A stretch of 59,832 nt of DNA, the filler included. It is 4 parts of 4 records of this genome, joined end to end, with 100 filler letters (N's around TTAATTAATTAA, not from the genome) between each part and the next. Parts side by side here need not be neighbours in the genome. Positions count along the whole stretch, not along the records: positions 23,372 to 36,175 come from SRR20825019_1789; positions 36,276 to 51,601 come from SRR20825019_1790; 2 more parts are not named here. One strand, 5' to 3'. This document shows, piece by piece, positions 30,741 through 39,871 of the stretch. How positions within the stretch are numbered: the first letter of the stretch is position 1; each line of letters opens with the position of its first letter. The notes beneath the pieces were generated by a model that worked only from the letters and a program-made list of their open reading frames with translations, was not told the origin of the DNA and did no database searches. Position numbers and translations under genes: made by a program.

Positions 30741-31166
30741 TCACTTTGTCCAGTAATCCACAACCGTTACATCGGCAATATGCGGGCCTACAATGTCGCC
30801 AAAGGCCAGGTGATCGGGATGGGTAAGGTAAGTGTCTCGGTCGGCTTCGCTATCAAAGGTCAAAAAGTAACAGTGCGTAAGTCCTTTGTTCAAGTTCTCC
30901 GGGCTGTTGTTGGTGCCCCATTCGTAGCCTTTAATTTCCGAAATTTTGGAGGGCAATGCGTTAAAGGCATCTTCCACTTGTTTAACCTCCTCCTCGGAGG
31001 AAGTGTCTTTAAATTTGAACAATACCACGTGGCGTAATTTCGGACCTTTCACTTCTTCTGTTGCTTTTACAGTTTCTTCTTCCTCTTTTTCGGTGGTTTC
31101 TTTTTTGGGTTCTTCGCCACAACTGGCAAATAACAGTGCGGCAAATAGGGTGATGATGGGTTTCAT
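30741..31166 (-). CDS. Dabb family (stress-responsive A/B barrel) lipoprotein
   Basis: FASC lipobox; LRHVVLFKFK, YLTHPDH, VVDY. Confidence 0.9.
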   Translation of the reverse strand: MKPIITLFAALLFASCGEEPKKETTEKEEEETVKATEEVKGPKLRHVVLFKFKDTSSEEEVKQVEDAFNALPSKISEIKGYEWGTNNSPENLNKGLTHCYFLTFDSEADRDTYLTHPDHLAFGDIVGPHIADVTVVDYWTK

Positions 31167-31170
31167 GTGG

Positions 31171-31479
31171 TTATAGGTTTAAATCAGTTTTTAAGGTGTT
31201 TGGATGTTGTCTGGTATCAAATACTGTCACAATTTCGATTTCATCGGTTTCTGGCAAGATGCGATAGAAGCATGTTGACTGTTTTGTGACAACGCATTTA
31301 TAGATTCCCATCATTTCAGTGGATTGTGGGCAGCTATTAGGTTGAGAGGCGATTTGCGACATCTTTTTATCGAACTTTTCGAAGAACTGGTCTCTTGCTT
31401 TTACTCCACAGTTTTCTAACAGATAATCGTTTAGTTGTAGTAGTTTTGATTCAGCAAGCTTGGATAAAAATACCTTCAT
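31171..31479 (-). CDS. RelE/ParE family toxin
   Basis: KVFLSKLAE...DYL, FYRI, IEIVTVFDTRQHP. Confidence 0.85.
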   Translation of the reverse strand: MKVFLSKLAESKLLQLNDYLLENCGVKARDQFFEKFDKKMSQIASQPNSCPQSTEMMGIYKCVVTKQSTCFYRILPETDEIEIVTVFDTRQHPNTLKTDLNL

Positions 31480-31697
31480 CAAGAAATTTTCTTAACAAAC
31501 GAATCATAAGAAACTCTTTTCCCTTGATCAAGTTCCGCCAACCCCTTTTTTATCTCTTGTTGCTGTTCAGGGGATAGTTCGTTCCAAAAATCCCCTTGTT
31601 CTTTTCGGAGAATGTTTGCCATTTTCTCGATGATGCTGGCATTGTCCACCTTTAAAATGGCCTGTATTAATTCTAATTTGGATGCTTTTAAATCCAT
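31479..31697 (-). CDS. Putative cognate antitoxin
   Basis: KLELIQAI...DFWNELSPEQQQEIKKGLAELDQGK; overlaps toxin start; TAnnTTTG promoter at 31715-31722. Confidence 0.8.
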   Translation of the reverse strand: MDLKASKLELIQAILKVDNASIIEKMANILRKEQGDFWNELSPEQQQEIKKGLAELDQGKRVSYDSFVKKIS

Positions 31698-31831
31698 GAC
31701 ATTATCGTTTAACTCAAAGATACGATTTTCAATGGATTATGTGGGTGCGGTGTTGCCAGTTCCGTTTGTGACACCTTTGTTGTACTTGGTGCTATACCTT
31801 AAGTTCGCTCTGGTGGGTTTGATATTTTAAA

Positions 31832-32050
31832 TCAAAACTTGAACAATTCGACAAAATCAATTTCAAGTGCATTTGCAATAGTGTAAAGCGTATAGGTGTT
31901 TGCTGAAACTTTGTGGTTTTCGATGAGTTCGATATGTTGTTTGTCGCGACCGCATAATCTTCCCAACTCAGCTTGAGAAATGTTTTTGTCCTTTCTGAGC
32001 TGTTTGATTCGATTCCCGATTTTTATTGATAATTCCTGCTTTGTCAACAT
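31832..32050 (-). CDS. XRE/controller-like HTH regulator
   Basis: IGNRIKQLRKDKNISQAELG...IELIE...IANALEI. Confidence 0.9.
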   Translation of the reverse strand: MLTKQELSIKIGNRIKQLRKDKNISQAELGRLCGRDKQHIELIENHKVSANTYTLYTIANALEIDFVELFKF

Positions 32051-32098
32051 TGAATGCGTCCTAACAAAACAAAATTGACCAGATAAAACAGAAGAAAC

Positions 32099-32116
32099 GT
32101 CATAATATATTATGAC
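32099..32116. promoter_or_regulatory. Perfect 18-bp palindrome, candidate XRE operator
   Basis: GTCATAATATATTATGAC between divergent genes. Confidence 0.65.
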
Positions 32117-32161
32117 AAGTTAAAATTATCAACTACTTTAGGGTCATATTTTCTTGTGACA

Positions 32162-32365
32162 ATGAAGAATTTTGATAAAAATACTACTGTTATATTTTTT
32201 TCTGAATTGTTTGAAGATGCATACGTCTCTCCTGCGGAACTGGCCGAGGTTTTGGACATGGGCATTGAAATGCTTTTTTATGTGGAGGAGGGTGCCTTTT
32301 CCAAAGAGGATATGCGAAATGTGGTAACCGCTTTAAGAAAGATAACTTTGGAGCTAAGAAAATGA
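32162..32365 (+). CDS. Small hypothetical protein
   Basis: 67-aa helical ORF divergent from XRE. Confidence 0.55.
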   Translation: MKNFDKNTTVIFFSELFEDAYVSPAELAEVLDMGIEMLFYVEEGAFSKEDMRNVVTALRKITLELRK

Positions 32366-32367
32366 TG

Positions 32368-32439
32368 GCTGGTGCGAGCGTCACGCTCGTTCCATTATTG
32401 TAAAGTTTAGTATTCACGAGCCAAGAGTATCGCGCTAGC
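32368..32439. repeat. REP-doublet (REPIN)-like element
   Basis: GCTGGTGCGAGCGTCACGCTCG...CACGAGC...CGCGCTAGC; two inverted GC-rich hairpins in AT-rich DNA, the second degenerate. Confidence 0.55.
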
Positions 32440-32466
32440 TGGGGATAATGAGTTTCGTAAGAATTT

Positions 32467-33003
32467 ATGATTTTACTAATACAATTATCTAAATTTACAA
32501 ATATGGAGCATATAAAAGCAGAGCATCATACCAAAGAGTCATTAAGCTTTATTTTTAGTGAAGCAGACAAACATCTTACCGATGTAATTGATGCGGTAAG
32601 GTCAAATTCAAATCGTTCATTTTTCCTATTTGGTTTTTACATGTCGATAGCTTCCTTTTCATACTTGGAAATTGTGGACTCAAAATATGTTTATTTGATT
32701 CTTTTAACCGGATGCGTACTTTCAGCATTATTCTTGCTGAAGAATATATCGCCAACGGTAATTGAAATTAAAGGTTCCAGTCCTTCCGATGTTTTGGTGT
32801 CTTATTTTGACTACTTCAAAGATCAAGAATTAGAAAAAGAATTACTTGTGGTCCAAATAGAAAGTTATCAGAAATCAATAGAACTTAATAAGGTTTTAGT
32901 CTCAAAAATGTCAACTAGATATATTTGGTCTTTTAGAATATTGTTAACCTTTATTCTTGTTTTTCTTTTTGTCTACTCCTTTTTGTTCTTTAAGTGCTAC
33001 TAA
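32467..33003 (+). CDS. AT-rich hypothetical membrane protein (about 3 TM)
   Basis: Two N-terminal TMs and one C-terminal TM; low GC relative to contig. Confidence 0.65.
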   Translation: MILLIQLSKFTNMEHIKAEHHTKESLSFIFSEADKHLTDVIDAVRSNSNRSFFLFGFYMSIASFSYLEIVDSKYVYLILLTGCVLSALFLLKNISPTVIEIKGSSPSDVLVSYFDYFKDQELEKELLVVQIESYQKSIELNKVLVSKMSTRYIWSFRILLTFILVFLFVYSFLFFKCY

Positions 33004-33066
33004 ACTAGAAGTAGTTTTTGGGCGAGCGGTAACTTTGGGTTTTACAGGTTTCTTCTTTGCCATCAT
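32944..33066 (-). CDS. Putative 40-aa Lys/Pro-rich peptide
   Basis: MMAKKKPVKPKVTARPKTTSSLVALKEQKGVDKKKNKNKG*, A-rich leader, downstream of thyA. Confidence 0.4.
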   Translation of the reverse strand: MMAKKKPVKPKVTARPKTTSSLVALKEQKGVDKKKNKNKG

Positions 33067-33108
33067 TGTTTTGTTGATAAGTAATTCAAAGTCGTTAAAA
33101 TATAAATT

Positions 33109-33933
33109 TTACACCGCGACCACGCCCTTAATATGCGGATGTGGGTCATAATTCAAGAGCTCAAAATCATCAAAGCTAAAGTCAAAAATATCCTTTACTT
33201 CGGGGTTTAGTTTCATGGTGGGCAAGGGGCGCGGGTCACGGCTCAATTGCAGTTCCACCTGCTCCATGTGGTTGTTATAAATATGGGCATCACCAAAGGT
33301 GTGTATAAAATCGCCAGGTTGGTAGCCACAAACTTGTGCCATCATCATAGTAAACAGGGCGTAAGACGCAATGTTAAAAGGTACCCCTAAAAAAATGTCC
33401 GCACTACGTTGGTACAATTGGCAAGAGAGTTTACCATCCGCCACATAAAACTGGAAAAAAGCATGGCAGGGTGGGAGGGCGGCCTTACCGTTGGCCACAT
33501 TTTCCGAAAAAGACACCGAAGTGTCCGGCATTACACTGGGATTCCAAGCGGAAACCAGCATCCTGCGGCTATTGGGATTGTTTTTCAAAGTCTCTACCAC
33601 TTCCTTGATCTGGTCGATTTCCTCGCTGTTCCAATTGCGCCACTGGTGCCCGTAGACAGGACCTAGGTCGCCGTTTTCATCGGCCCACTCGTTCCAGATA
33701 CGCACGCCGTTCTCTTGCAGATAGGCTACATTGGTGTCCCCTTTTAAAAACCACAACAACTCGTGGACAATGGATTTGAGGTGCAATTTTTTAGTGGTCA
33801 CCATGGGAAAGCCCTCGGAGAGGTCGAACCGCATCTGATAGCCAAAAACGCTCAAGGTTCCTGTTCCTGTACGGTCCCCTTTTTGGTTTCCGTGCTCCAA
33901 TACGTGTTTTAGAAGGTCGTGGTACTGTTTCAT
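33109..33933 (-). CDS. thyA: Thymidylate synthase
   Basis: [35 protein letters not shown]. Confidence 0.98.
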   Translation of the reverse strand: MKQYHDLLKHVLEHGNQKGDRTGTGTLSVFGYQMRFDLSEGFPMVTTKKLHLKSIVHELLWFLKGDTNVAYLQENGVRIWNEWADENGDLGPVYGHQWRNWNSEEIDQIKEVVETLKNNPNSRRMLVSAWNPSVMPDTSVSFSENVANGKAALPPCHAFFQFYVADGKLSCQLYQRSADIFLGVPFNIASYALFTMMMAQVCGYQPGDFIHTFGDAHIYNNHMEQVELQLSRDPRPLPTMKLNPEVKDIFDFSFDDFELLNYDPHPHIKGVVAV

Positions 33934-33953
33934 ACTGCCTGTTCCGTTACTAA

Positions 33954-34016
33954 TGTTATTTCGAACGAATCAAATGAGGAGAAATCCAAGAATATCTCGA
34001 CTGCGCTCGATATGAC
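33954..34016. repeat. REP-like doublet
   Basis: TGTTATTTCGA...GAGAAATC...ATCTCGACTGCGCTCGATATGAC inverted architecture. Confidence 0.55.
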
Positions 34017-34106
34017 GAAAAATCAATCCATCGAAATTACTTCAATAATCAAATTTTTGAAATAGAAAATGGAAAGACTTATAAAAACTTTATTAACGTT
34101 GAAGTG

Positions 34107-35567
34107 TTACCCTAAAATCATCCCAGCAATGGTAGCCGACAGCAGTGATGCCAATGACCCGCCCAAAACGGCCTTCATTCCAAAAGAGGAAAGTACTTTA
34201 CGTTGACCGGGCGCCAATGACCCTATACCACCAATCTGAATACCGATGGAAGCGAAGTTGGCAAAACCACAGAGCATGTACGTGGCCATAATCACGGATT
34301 TATTGTAAGTAAAATGCACACCGCTTGCTACATTCTTAAGGTCAGCCAATTGAATATACCCTACAAATTCGCTTGCGGCCAATTTAATGCCGAGCAGCTG
34401 TCCCATGAGCATAATGTCTTCATTGGCAACACCTATCAACCACATAAGCGGGGCGAATATGGTTCCTAGAATGGCTTCCAAGGAAAATTCGGTGTACGGG
34501 GAGTTGGCGGCTATCCAATTATTGAAAGTGGTAAGATCTCCGACCCAGCCCAAGATTCCGTTGATCATGGCAATAAAGGCCACAAAAACCAACAACATGG
34601 CCCCAACGTTCAAAGCGAGTTTAAGACCTTCGGTGGTTCCATTGGCAATGGCATCCAGAATATTGGCACCGATTTTTTCGGAAGACACCTCTACATCTGT
34701 GTTGACCTTCTCGGTCTGTGGATACAATATTTTTGAAATAACAATGGCACCCGGTGCGGCCATTACGGATGCTGCCAAAAGGTGCTTGGCAAATACCAAA
34801 CGAAGTTCGGGGTCGTCACCGCCCAAAAATCCTATATAGGCCGCAAGAACAGCTCCCGCAACCGTGGCCATGCCGCCGATCATCACCAGAAGGATTTCGG
34901 ATTTGTTCATTTTTTCCAAATAGGCCTTGATGAGCAAAGGTGCCTCGGTCTGTCCCAAAAATATGTTGCCCGCTACGGAAAGGCTTTCCGCTCCCGAGAT
35001 GCCCAAACTTTTAGACAGTAACCATGCCATCCATTTTACCACCACCTGAATCACTCCCAAATAATATAAGACCGAAGTCAAAGCCGAGAAAAATATAATG
35101 GTGGGCAATACTTGGAAGGCAAATATGTACCCAAAAGTGTCCATGTCCACCACCAACCCTTCGAACAGGAACTGGCTTCCGGCACGGGTAAAGTCCAAGA
35201 TGCTGACAAAAATGCTTCCGACCTGTTCAAAAATATATTGTACAAAGGGGACTTTGAGTACGCCAATGGCTATCAACACTTGCAGGGAAAGTCCTATTCC
35301 GACGGTTTTCCAGTTGATAGCTTTTCTATTGGAACTGAACAAAAATGATATCAATATAAGTACGGCCATTCCCAGTGCTCCACGAAGCAATGTGGTGATG
35401 GTAAAACCTTGATTGGGAATAATTTCAGCGGTTTGCTGTACGGCAATGTTCTCCGTAATGGTGGAGCCAATGGCTACATTAAGGGAATCTGCGGGCAATG
35501 AATTTTGGCCGAAAGCGACCGAACAAAGGAGTAAAAGTATCAGTAAACTTTGGGTCTTTTTCGCCAT
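34107..35567 (-). CDS. nupC: NupC/CNT nucleoside transporter
   Basis: FAFQVLPTIIFFSAL, NIFLGQTEAPL, LCGFANFASIGIQIGG. Confidence 0.93.
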   Translation of the reverse strand: MAKKTQSLLILLLLCSVAFGQNSLPADSLNVAIGSTITENIAVQQTAEIIPNQGFTITTLLRGALGMAVLILISFLFSSNRKAINWKTVGIGLSLQVLIAIGVLKVPFVQYIFEQVGSIFVSILDFTRAGSQFLFEGLVVDMDTFGYIFAFQVLPTIIFFSALTSVLYYLGVIQVVVKWMAWLLSKSLGISGAESLSVAGNIFLGQTEAPLLIKAYLEKMNKSEILLVMIGGMATVAGAVLAAYIGFLGGDDPELRLVFAKHLLAASVMAAPGAIVISKILYPQTEKVNTDVEVSSEKIGANILDAIANGTTEGLKLALNVGAMLLVFVAFIAMINGILGWVGDLTTFNNWIAANSPYTEFSLEAILGTIFAPLMWLIGVANEDIMLMGQLLGIKLAASEFVGYIQLADLKNVASGVHFTYNKSVIMATYMLCGFANFASIGIQIGGIGSLAPGQRKVLSSFGMKAVLGGSLASLLSATIAGMILG

Positions 35568-35580
35568 GTATGTTGGTCGT

Positions 35581-36175
35581 TTATTTGCGCTTGGAAATTT
35601 CATCCCTCAATTTTACGGCCTTTTCGTAGTCTTCGCTGGCCACTGCATTGTCCAATTCTTTATGAAGTTCTTGTAGGGACATTTCTCTGTATCCGTGGGT
35701 ATCGGAACCCGATTCCAGCTCCACGGCCTCTCCTTCTTGAAGGATTTCATCGACCATAATGCTGTCGTCCTCGTCCTCTTCTTTCTCTTTGGAAGAAAAT
35801 TTTAGGAAAATACCGGCTTTGTCCAAAATGGTCTTGTACGTAAAAATGGGGGCGTTAAACCGCAGTGCAAGTGCAATCGCATCACTGGTGCGGGCATCGA
35901 TGATTTCCTCATCGTTATCGCGCTCACAGATAATGCTGGAATAGAAAACGCCGTCCACCAGTTTATGGATGATCACCTGCTTGACCACGATTTTGAACCT
36001 GTCCGCAAAATTCTTGAACAGGTCGTGGGTCAAAGGTCTGGGCGGTTTTATCTCTTTTTCCAAAGCAATGGCAATGGACTGTGCTTCAAATGCGCCTATA
36101 ACAATGGGAAGTTTACGGTCTCCCTCCTCTTCATTTAAAATAAGGGCGTACGCGCCATTTTGTGTTTGGCTGTAT
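35581..36175 (-). CDS. Bifunctional nuclease (DUF151) with UVR domain (5'-truncated)
   Basis: LPIVIGAFEA, RPLTHDL, IDARTSDAIALA, EDYEKAVKLRDEI. Confidence 0.92.
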
Positions 36176-36275
36176 NNNNNNNNNNNNNNNNNNNNNNNNN
36201 NNNNNNNNNNNNNNNNNNNTTAATTAATTAANNNNNNNNNNNNNNNNNNNNNNNNNNNNNNNNNNNNNNNNNNNN
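36176..36275. other. Artificial contig spacer
   Basis: Same 100-bp N/TTAATTAATTAA linker. Confidence 0.98.
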
Positions 36276-36538
36276 TTCTAGAGCAATGCCTGACCAGAAA
36301 CGTCTTTGTCTGACACGTTGCATGGGCACGGAAGCAGCAGATCCTTCCGACCAGTCATCCCGCTCGAGAAAATGCCGGGACCAAACATCTAATCGGCCAA
36401 AGGAAGACCAAAACCTGAACTGGGCTAACTTATAGACGCCGTCTCAAAAGGGAGCAGGTCAGACAAAAGCACGCGCTATGCTATGTTGACGATGACCAAG
36501 ACGGCGTCGCAAAGCGTTGCTGAAATCGGGCACGGGCC

Positions 36539-37543
36539 CTAGGCGGCCATCTGGAACTCGCTGTGTTCCGTCAGGCCGTTGAGCAATCGCAGCCAGCGAT
36601 CTGAGAATGCCTGCTCTGCCGCTTTCGCCTGCTTTCTCCGGGATCCGGCGTCTCGCCGAAAGTCGTTGATTTCAAACTGATCCAGAAAACGCGCCCAGCC
36701 ATCCGGCGTGTTGTCGCCAACACCGGCCGCACCGTTTGCGATATGCCCGGCAAGGCCGTCTGCGCCTGATGCAATCACCGGCCGGCCGGCTGCCATCGCT
36801 TCGAGTGCGACCAGACCGTAAGGCTCATAGCGCGAGGGCATGGCGATAATATCGCAGGCTGCCATGGCCTTGGCCGGGCTTTCGGCATAACCCTTGAACA
36901 CGATACGGGTATCGTTGCCGGCGAGCTTTCTGAGCTGCTTTTCGTCCGCGCCCTGTCCGTAGAAATGCAGTTCGATATCGTGCCGGTTCGACCGGCGCAG
37001 ACCTTCGATGAGGATGTCGAAACCTTTCTGGGTATCGAACCGGCCGATGGCGCCGATCACGGTCCTGGTTTCGCCTGAACGATCCGGCAGGGCAAAGTAA
37101 TCGTCGAGCGCAACACAAGGTTCTATGACCGCAAGGCGATTTTCACCGACGAATTTGCGGCCAAGCCACTGGCCCTGCTGGGCGCTGACGGCGACGACCT
37201 TGTCGAACAGCGCATAAGCAGCCGACAGCAGGGTCTCGAAGCGGTCGCGGTTTTCCACCCGTGCGGTGACGAAACGCTCCGAATAGCTGTGCTCGACATG
37301 CGTGAGCGGCGTTTCGGCATAGCGTGCCCGCAGCGCCGTCATCATCGGCATGTTTTTCCAGCAGACGGAGAGATGCGAGACGATGTGGCTGGCATCTGCA
37401 AGGCGCGGCGGCGAAAGCTGGCCGCGCTTGACACGTACGAGTTCGTGCTTTTCTGCGTCCTGCCCGAGCGCCAGGGTGAGGTGGTCGAGCATGCGGTTGA
37501 CGCCGCCGAAACCGGCATCATCGACGAGGTGATAGATAGTCAT
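36539..37543 (-). CDS. GT4 family glycosyltransferase
   Basis: FGGV, IGRFDTQKGFD, PSRYEPYGLVALEAMAAG. Confidence 0.92.
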   Translation of the reverse strand: MTIYHLVDDAGFGGVNRMLDHLTLALGQDAEKHELVRVKRGQLSPPRLADASHIVSHLSVCWKNMPMMTALRARYAETPLTHVEHSYSERFVTARVENRDRFETLLSAAYALFDKVVAVSAQQGQWLGRKFVGENRLAVIEPCVALDDYFALPDRSGETRTVIGAIGRFDTQKGFDILIEGLRRSNRHDIELHFYGQGADEKQLRKLAGNDTRIVFKGYAESPAKAMAACDIIAMPSRYEPYGLVALEAMAAGRPVIASGADGLAGHIANGAAGVGDNTPDGWARFLDQFEINDFRRDAGSRRKQAKAAEQAFSDRWLRLLNGLTEHSEFQMAA

Positions 37544-37565
37544 GGTTGGTTTTCCTCTTGATAAC

Positions 37566-37703
37566 TCAGCTGTTGGGCTGGCTGCGTTCCCAGATCTGCT
37601 TCTCTATGCGCCAAATATTCCTGTATCGGCGTATGCTGGATATGATGACGGCTCCTGTAAAAAGGGTTGCCGCGAGTACAATCGCCGTAGAGATCATCGT
37701 CAT
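37566..37703 (-). CDS. Small single-TM protein (45 aa), absent from the ORF track
   Basis: AGGAG SD; MTMISTAIVLAATLFTGAVIISSIRRYRNIWRIEKQIWERSQPNS*. Confidence 0.6.
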   Translation of the reverse strand: MTMISTAIVLAATLFTGAVIISSIRRYRNIWRIEKQIWERSQPNS

Positions 37704-37788
37704 CACTCCTGTGTTTGCGTTGTGTTTGTTTGCACCCTAGGAATAGCAGGCAACGGGTAAGAAAAATTCGGGCAAAGGCATCGCGTAT

Positions 37789-37804
37789 GTAGTCAGAAGT
37801 ATAG
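37789..37804. promoter_or_regulatory. CTATCC-N4-GGATAG-like box
   Basis: Minus strand CTATACTTCTGACTAC, upstream of the small protein and GT4 genes. Confidence 0.5.
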
Positions 37805-37912
37805 GTCCTGTGGCCGTTGGGTATCGTCCTGGAAAATCTTCCGGGCACCAACCGATTGCCCCGTTTCGCTCATTCCCGCCCTGTCAGCGCTATTCCTGGA
37901 CCGACACCACGA

Positions 37913-38908
37913 TCAGGCAGCTTTGCTGCCGAGAAAGCGGGTTTCGAGGTGGCCGTAGATGCCGTCGCCGGCAAGGGCGATGAGGGCCGCAGCCACGAGG
38001 GTGACTGTTGACTTCACCGGCTCTTCGATGAACGGGCGGCGCGAGATCTTGAGCGAACGCAGCGCATAACCGAATGCCGCACGGCCCTGGCGCAGCGAAA
38101 CACAGCGGCGTGCCAGATAGCGAAGCTGATAGGCGGCAGCACGGTCGCCGTGGCGCTCAACCAGACTCGGCGCGATCCCGGCAATCTTGTCGCGCATGGC
38201 AAGCCAGGTCTGGAACTGCTTTTCGACATTGGCCGAAAGCCCGCCGATATGAATGCGGTAGAGCGTCAGGCGACCGGGGATCCCTTCGATCTTCCAGTCC
38301 TGCGTGACGATGAAACGCAGCCAGCCCTCGATATCGTCCGACTGACGGAAGTTTTCATCGAACCACCAGTCGCGCTCGGTCTCGCCGGCGGGACGGTAGG
38401 CAAAGCCTTCGAGCGCTTCGGCCCGCATCACGGCGGCAGAGCCGTTGCCGATGGGGTTGCGGCAGAAGACATCGGCAGCAGTGATGTTCTTCAGCTTCGG
38501 CGACTGGTTGATGCCGACAGTCTTGCCGTCGCGATCGATCAGGCTTGAACCCGCAAAGCTGATGCCGACATCCGGGTTTTCCTGAAGATGGCGTATGTGA
38601 AGCTCGAGCTTTTCGGGAAGCCACATATCGTCGGCGTCGCAAAAGCCGATATAGGCACCCTTTGCAGCCGCGATGCCGGTGTTGTGCGCCCCGGCGAGGC
38701 CGCGATTGGCTTGCGATATCAGGCGGACCCGCGGATCGGCGTAGCGCTCGACAATCGCGACCGTGCTGTCGCTCGAGCCATCATCGACGACGATGATCTC
38801 GAAATCGGCAAAGGTCTGGTCGAGCAGGGAGTCGAGTGTTTCGCGAATGGTGGTCGCGGCATTGTAGGCCGGAACGACGATGCTGGCTGCGGGAGACAGG
38901 TTGTTCAT
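37913..38908 (-). CDS. GT2 family glycosyltransferase
   Basis: SIVVPAYN, VDDGSSD, FCDADD. Confidence 0.93.
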   Translation of the reverse strand: MNNLSPAASIVVPAYNAATTIRETLDSLLDQTFADFEIIVVDDGSSDSTVAIVERYADPRVRLISQANRGLAGAHNTGIAAAKGAYIGFCDADDMWLPEKLELHIRHLQENPDVGISFAGSSLIDRDGKTVGINQSPKLKNITAADVFCRNPIGNGSAAVMRAEALEGFAYRPAGETERDWWFDENFRQSDDIEGWLRFIVTQDWKIEGIPGRLTLYRIHIGGLSANVEKQFQTWLAMRDKIAGIAPSLVERHGDRAAAYQLRYLARRCVSLRQGRAAFGYALRSLKISRRPFIEEPVKSTVTLVAAALIALAGDGIYGHLETRFLGSKAA

Positions 38909-38930
38909 GTTGATATCCTCCGGATGTTGG

Positions 38931-39869
38931 TTAGTGGCTTGCTGCAATGCGCTTGAAAGCGCTCGGAAACAGAGCTTCGATGGTGGCTGCGCCGAGTGTG
39001 AGAACGCCACGGCTCGGCTGTTTGAAAAAGGCTCGCGGACTGATCCGCAACGCCTTCAGAGAAAGCTTGAGTGCCGTGCCGCGCGCGCTTTCCAGCCGCA
39101 ACGCGCGGCGGGCGAGGTAGCGCAGATGGGTTGCCTCGGCTGCGTTGATTTCGTCCTGCGACAGCGCAACATCGAGCGTCCGTGCGGTTGAAAGCGCGGT
39201 TTCCCAGGAAAAACGCATGGCCGACAGATTGGACGACAGGCCGTTCCGGCTTGTGCGGTAGAAGGTCAGAACCGTGTCTATGCCTTCGATCCGCGCACCG
39301 GCGGCGGCCAGACGCACCAGCCATTCGACGTCTTCGCCATGCACGACATCTGTGTCGAAGCCGCCGGAGGCGACGAATGCTTCCCGTGTCACGACAATGT
39401 TCGACATCGTGCAGGTTGCGTTTTCGGCAATCAGGTTCGCGACCGTCAGTGGCGCTTTTGCCACCGTGGAATGGGTTTCGACATCCCTGACGCTGGTGCT
39501 GAAGAAGGCAACCTTGCCATAGGCGAGATCCGGAGCATCCGCTTGGGCGAACCGCGCAGCGAAGGTGTTGAGGCGGTTGGCCGGCCAGATGTCATCGGCA
39601 TCGAGAAACGCAATCAACGCACCTGCTGCATGGTTGAAGACGGCACGATTGCGGGCAATGCTGGGGCCTTCATTGGCCTGCCGGACAATGGTGATGCGGC
39701 CGCTACGCTGGGCAAAGCTGTTTACGATCGCAAGCGTCTCGTCCGTTGAGCCGTCATCGACGATAATGATTTCGAAGTCGAAAAAGGTCTGATCGAGAAC
39801 CGAGGTCAGCGTTTCGGCAATGGTTCCGGCGGCGTTGTAGCAAGGGATGACAACCGAGAATTTGGGCAT
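38931..39869 (-). CDS. GT2 family glycosyltransferase
   Basis: SVVIPCYN, VDDGSTD, FLDADD, GED. Confidence 0.93.
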   Translation of the reverse strand: MPKFSVVIPCYNAAGTIAETLTSVLDQTFFDFEIIIVDDGSTDETLAIVNSFAQRSGRITIVRQANEGPSIARNRAVFNHAAGALIAFLDADDIWPANRLNTFAARFAQADAPDLAYGKVAFFSTSVRDVETHSTVAKAPLTVANLIAENATCTMSNIVVTREAFVASGGFDTDVVHGEDVEWLVRLAAAGARIEGIDTVLTFYRTSRNGLSSNLSAMRFSWETALSTARTLDVALSQDEINAAEATHLRYLARRALRLESARGTALKLSLKALRISPRAFFKQPSRGVLTLGAATIEALFPSAFKRIAASH

Positions 39870-39871
39870 GT

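Noticed and set aside
31736-31763. ELATPHPH as a relic of the thyA 3' end (DPHPH)
   Set aside because: Four-residue match with no extended similarity; likely chance.
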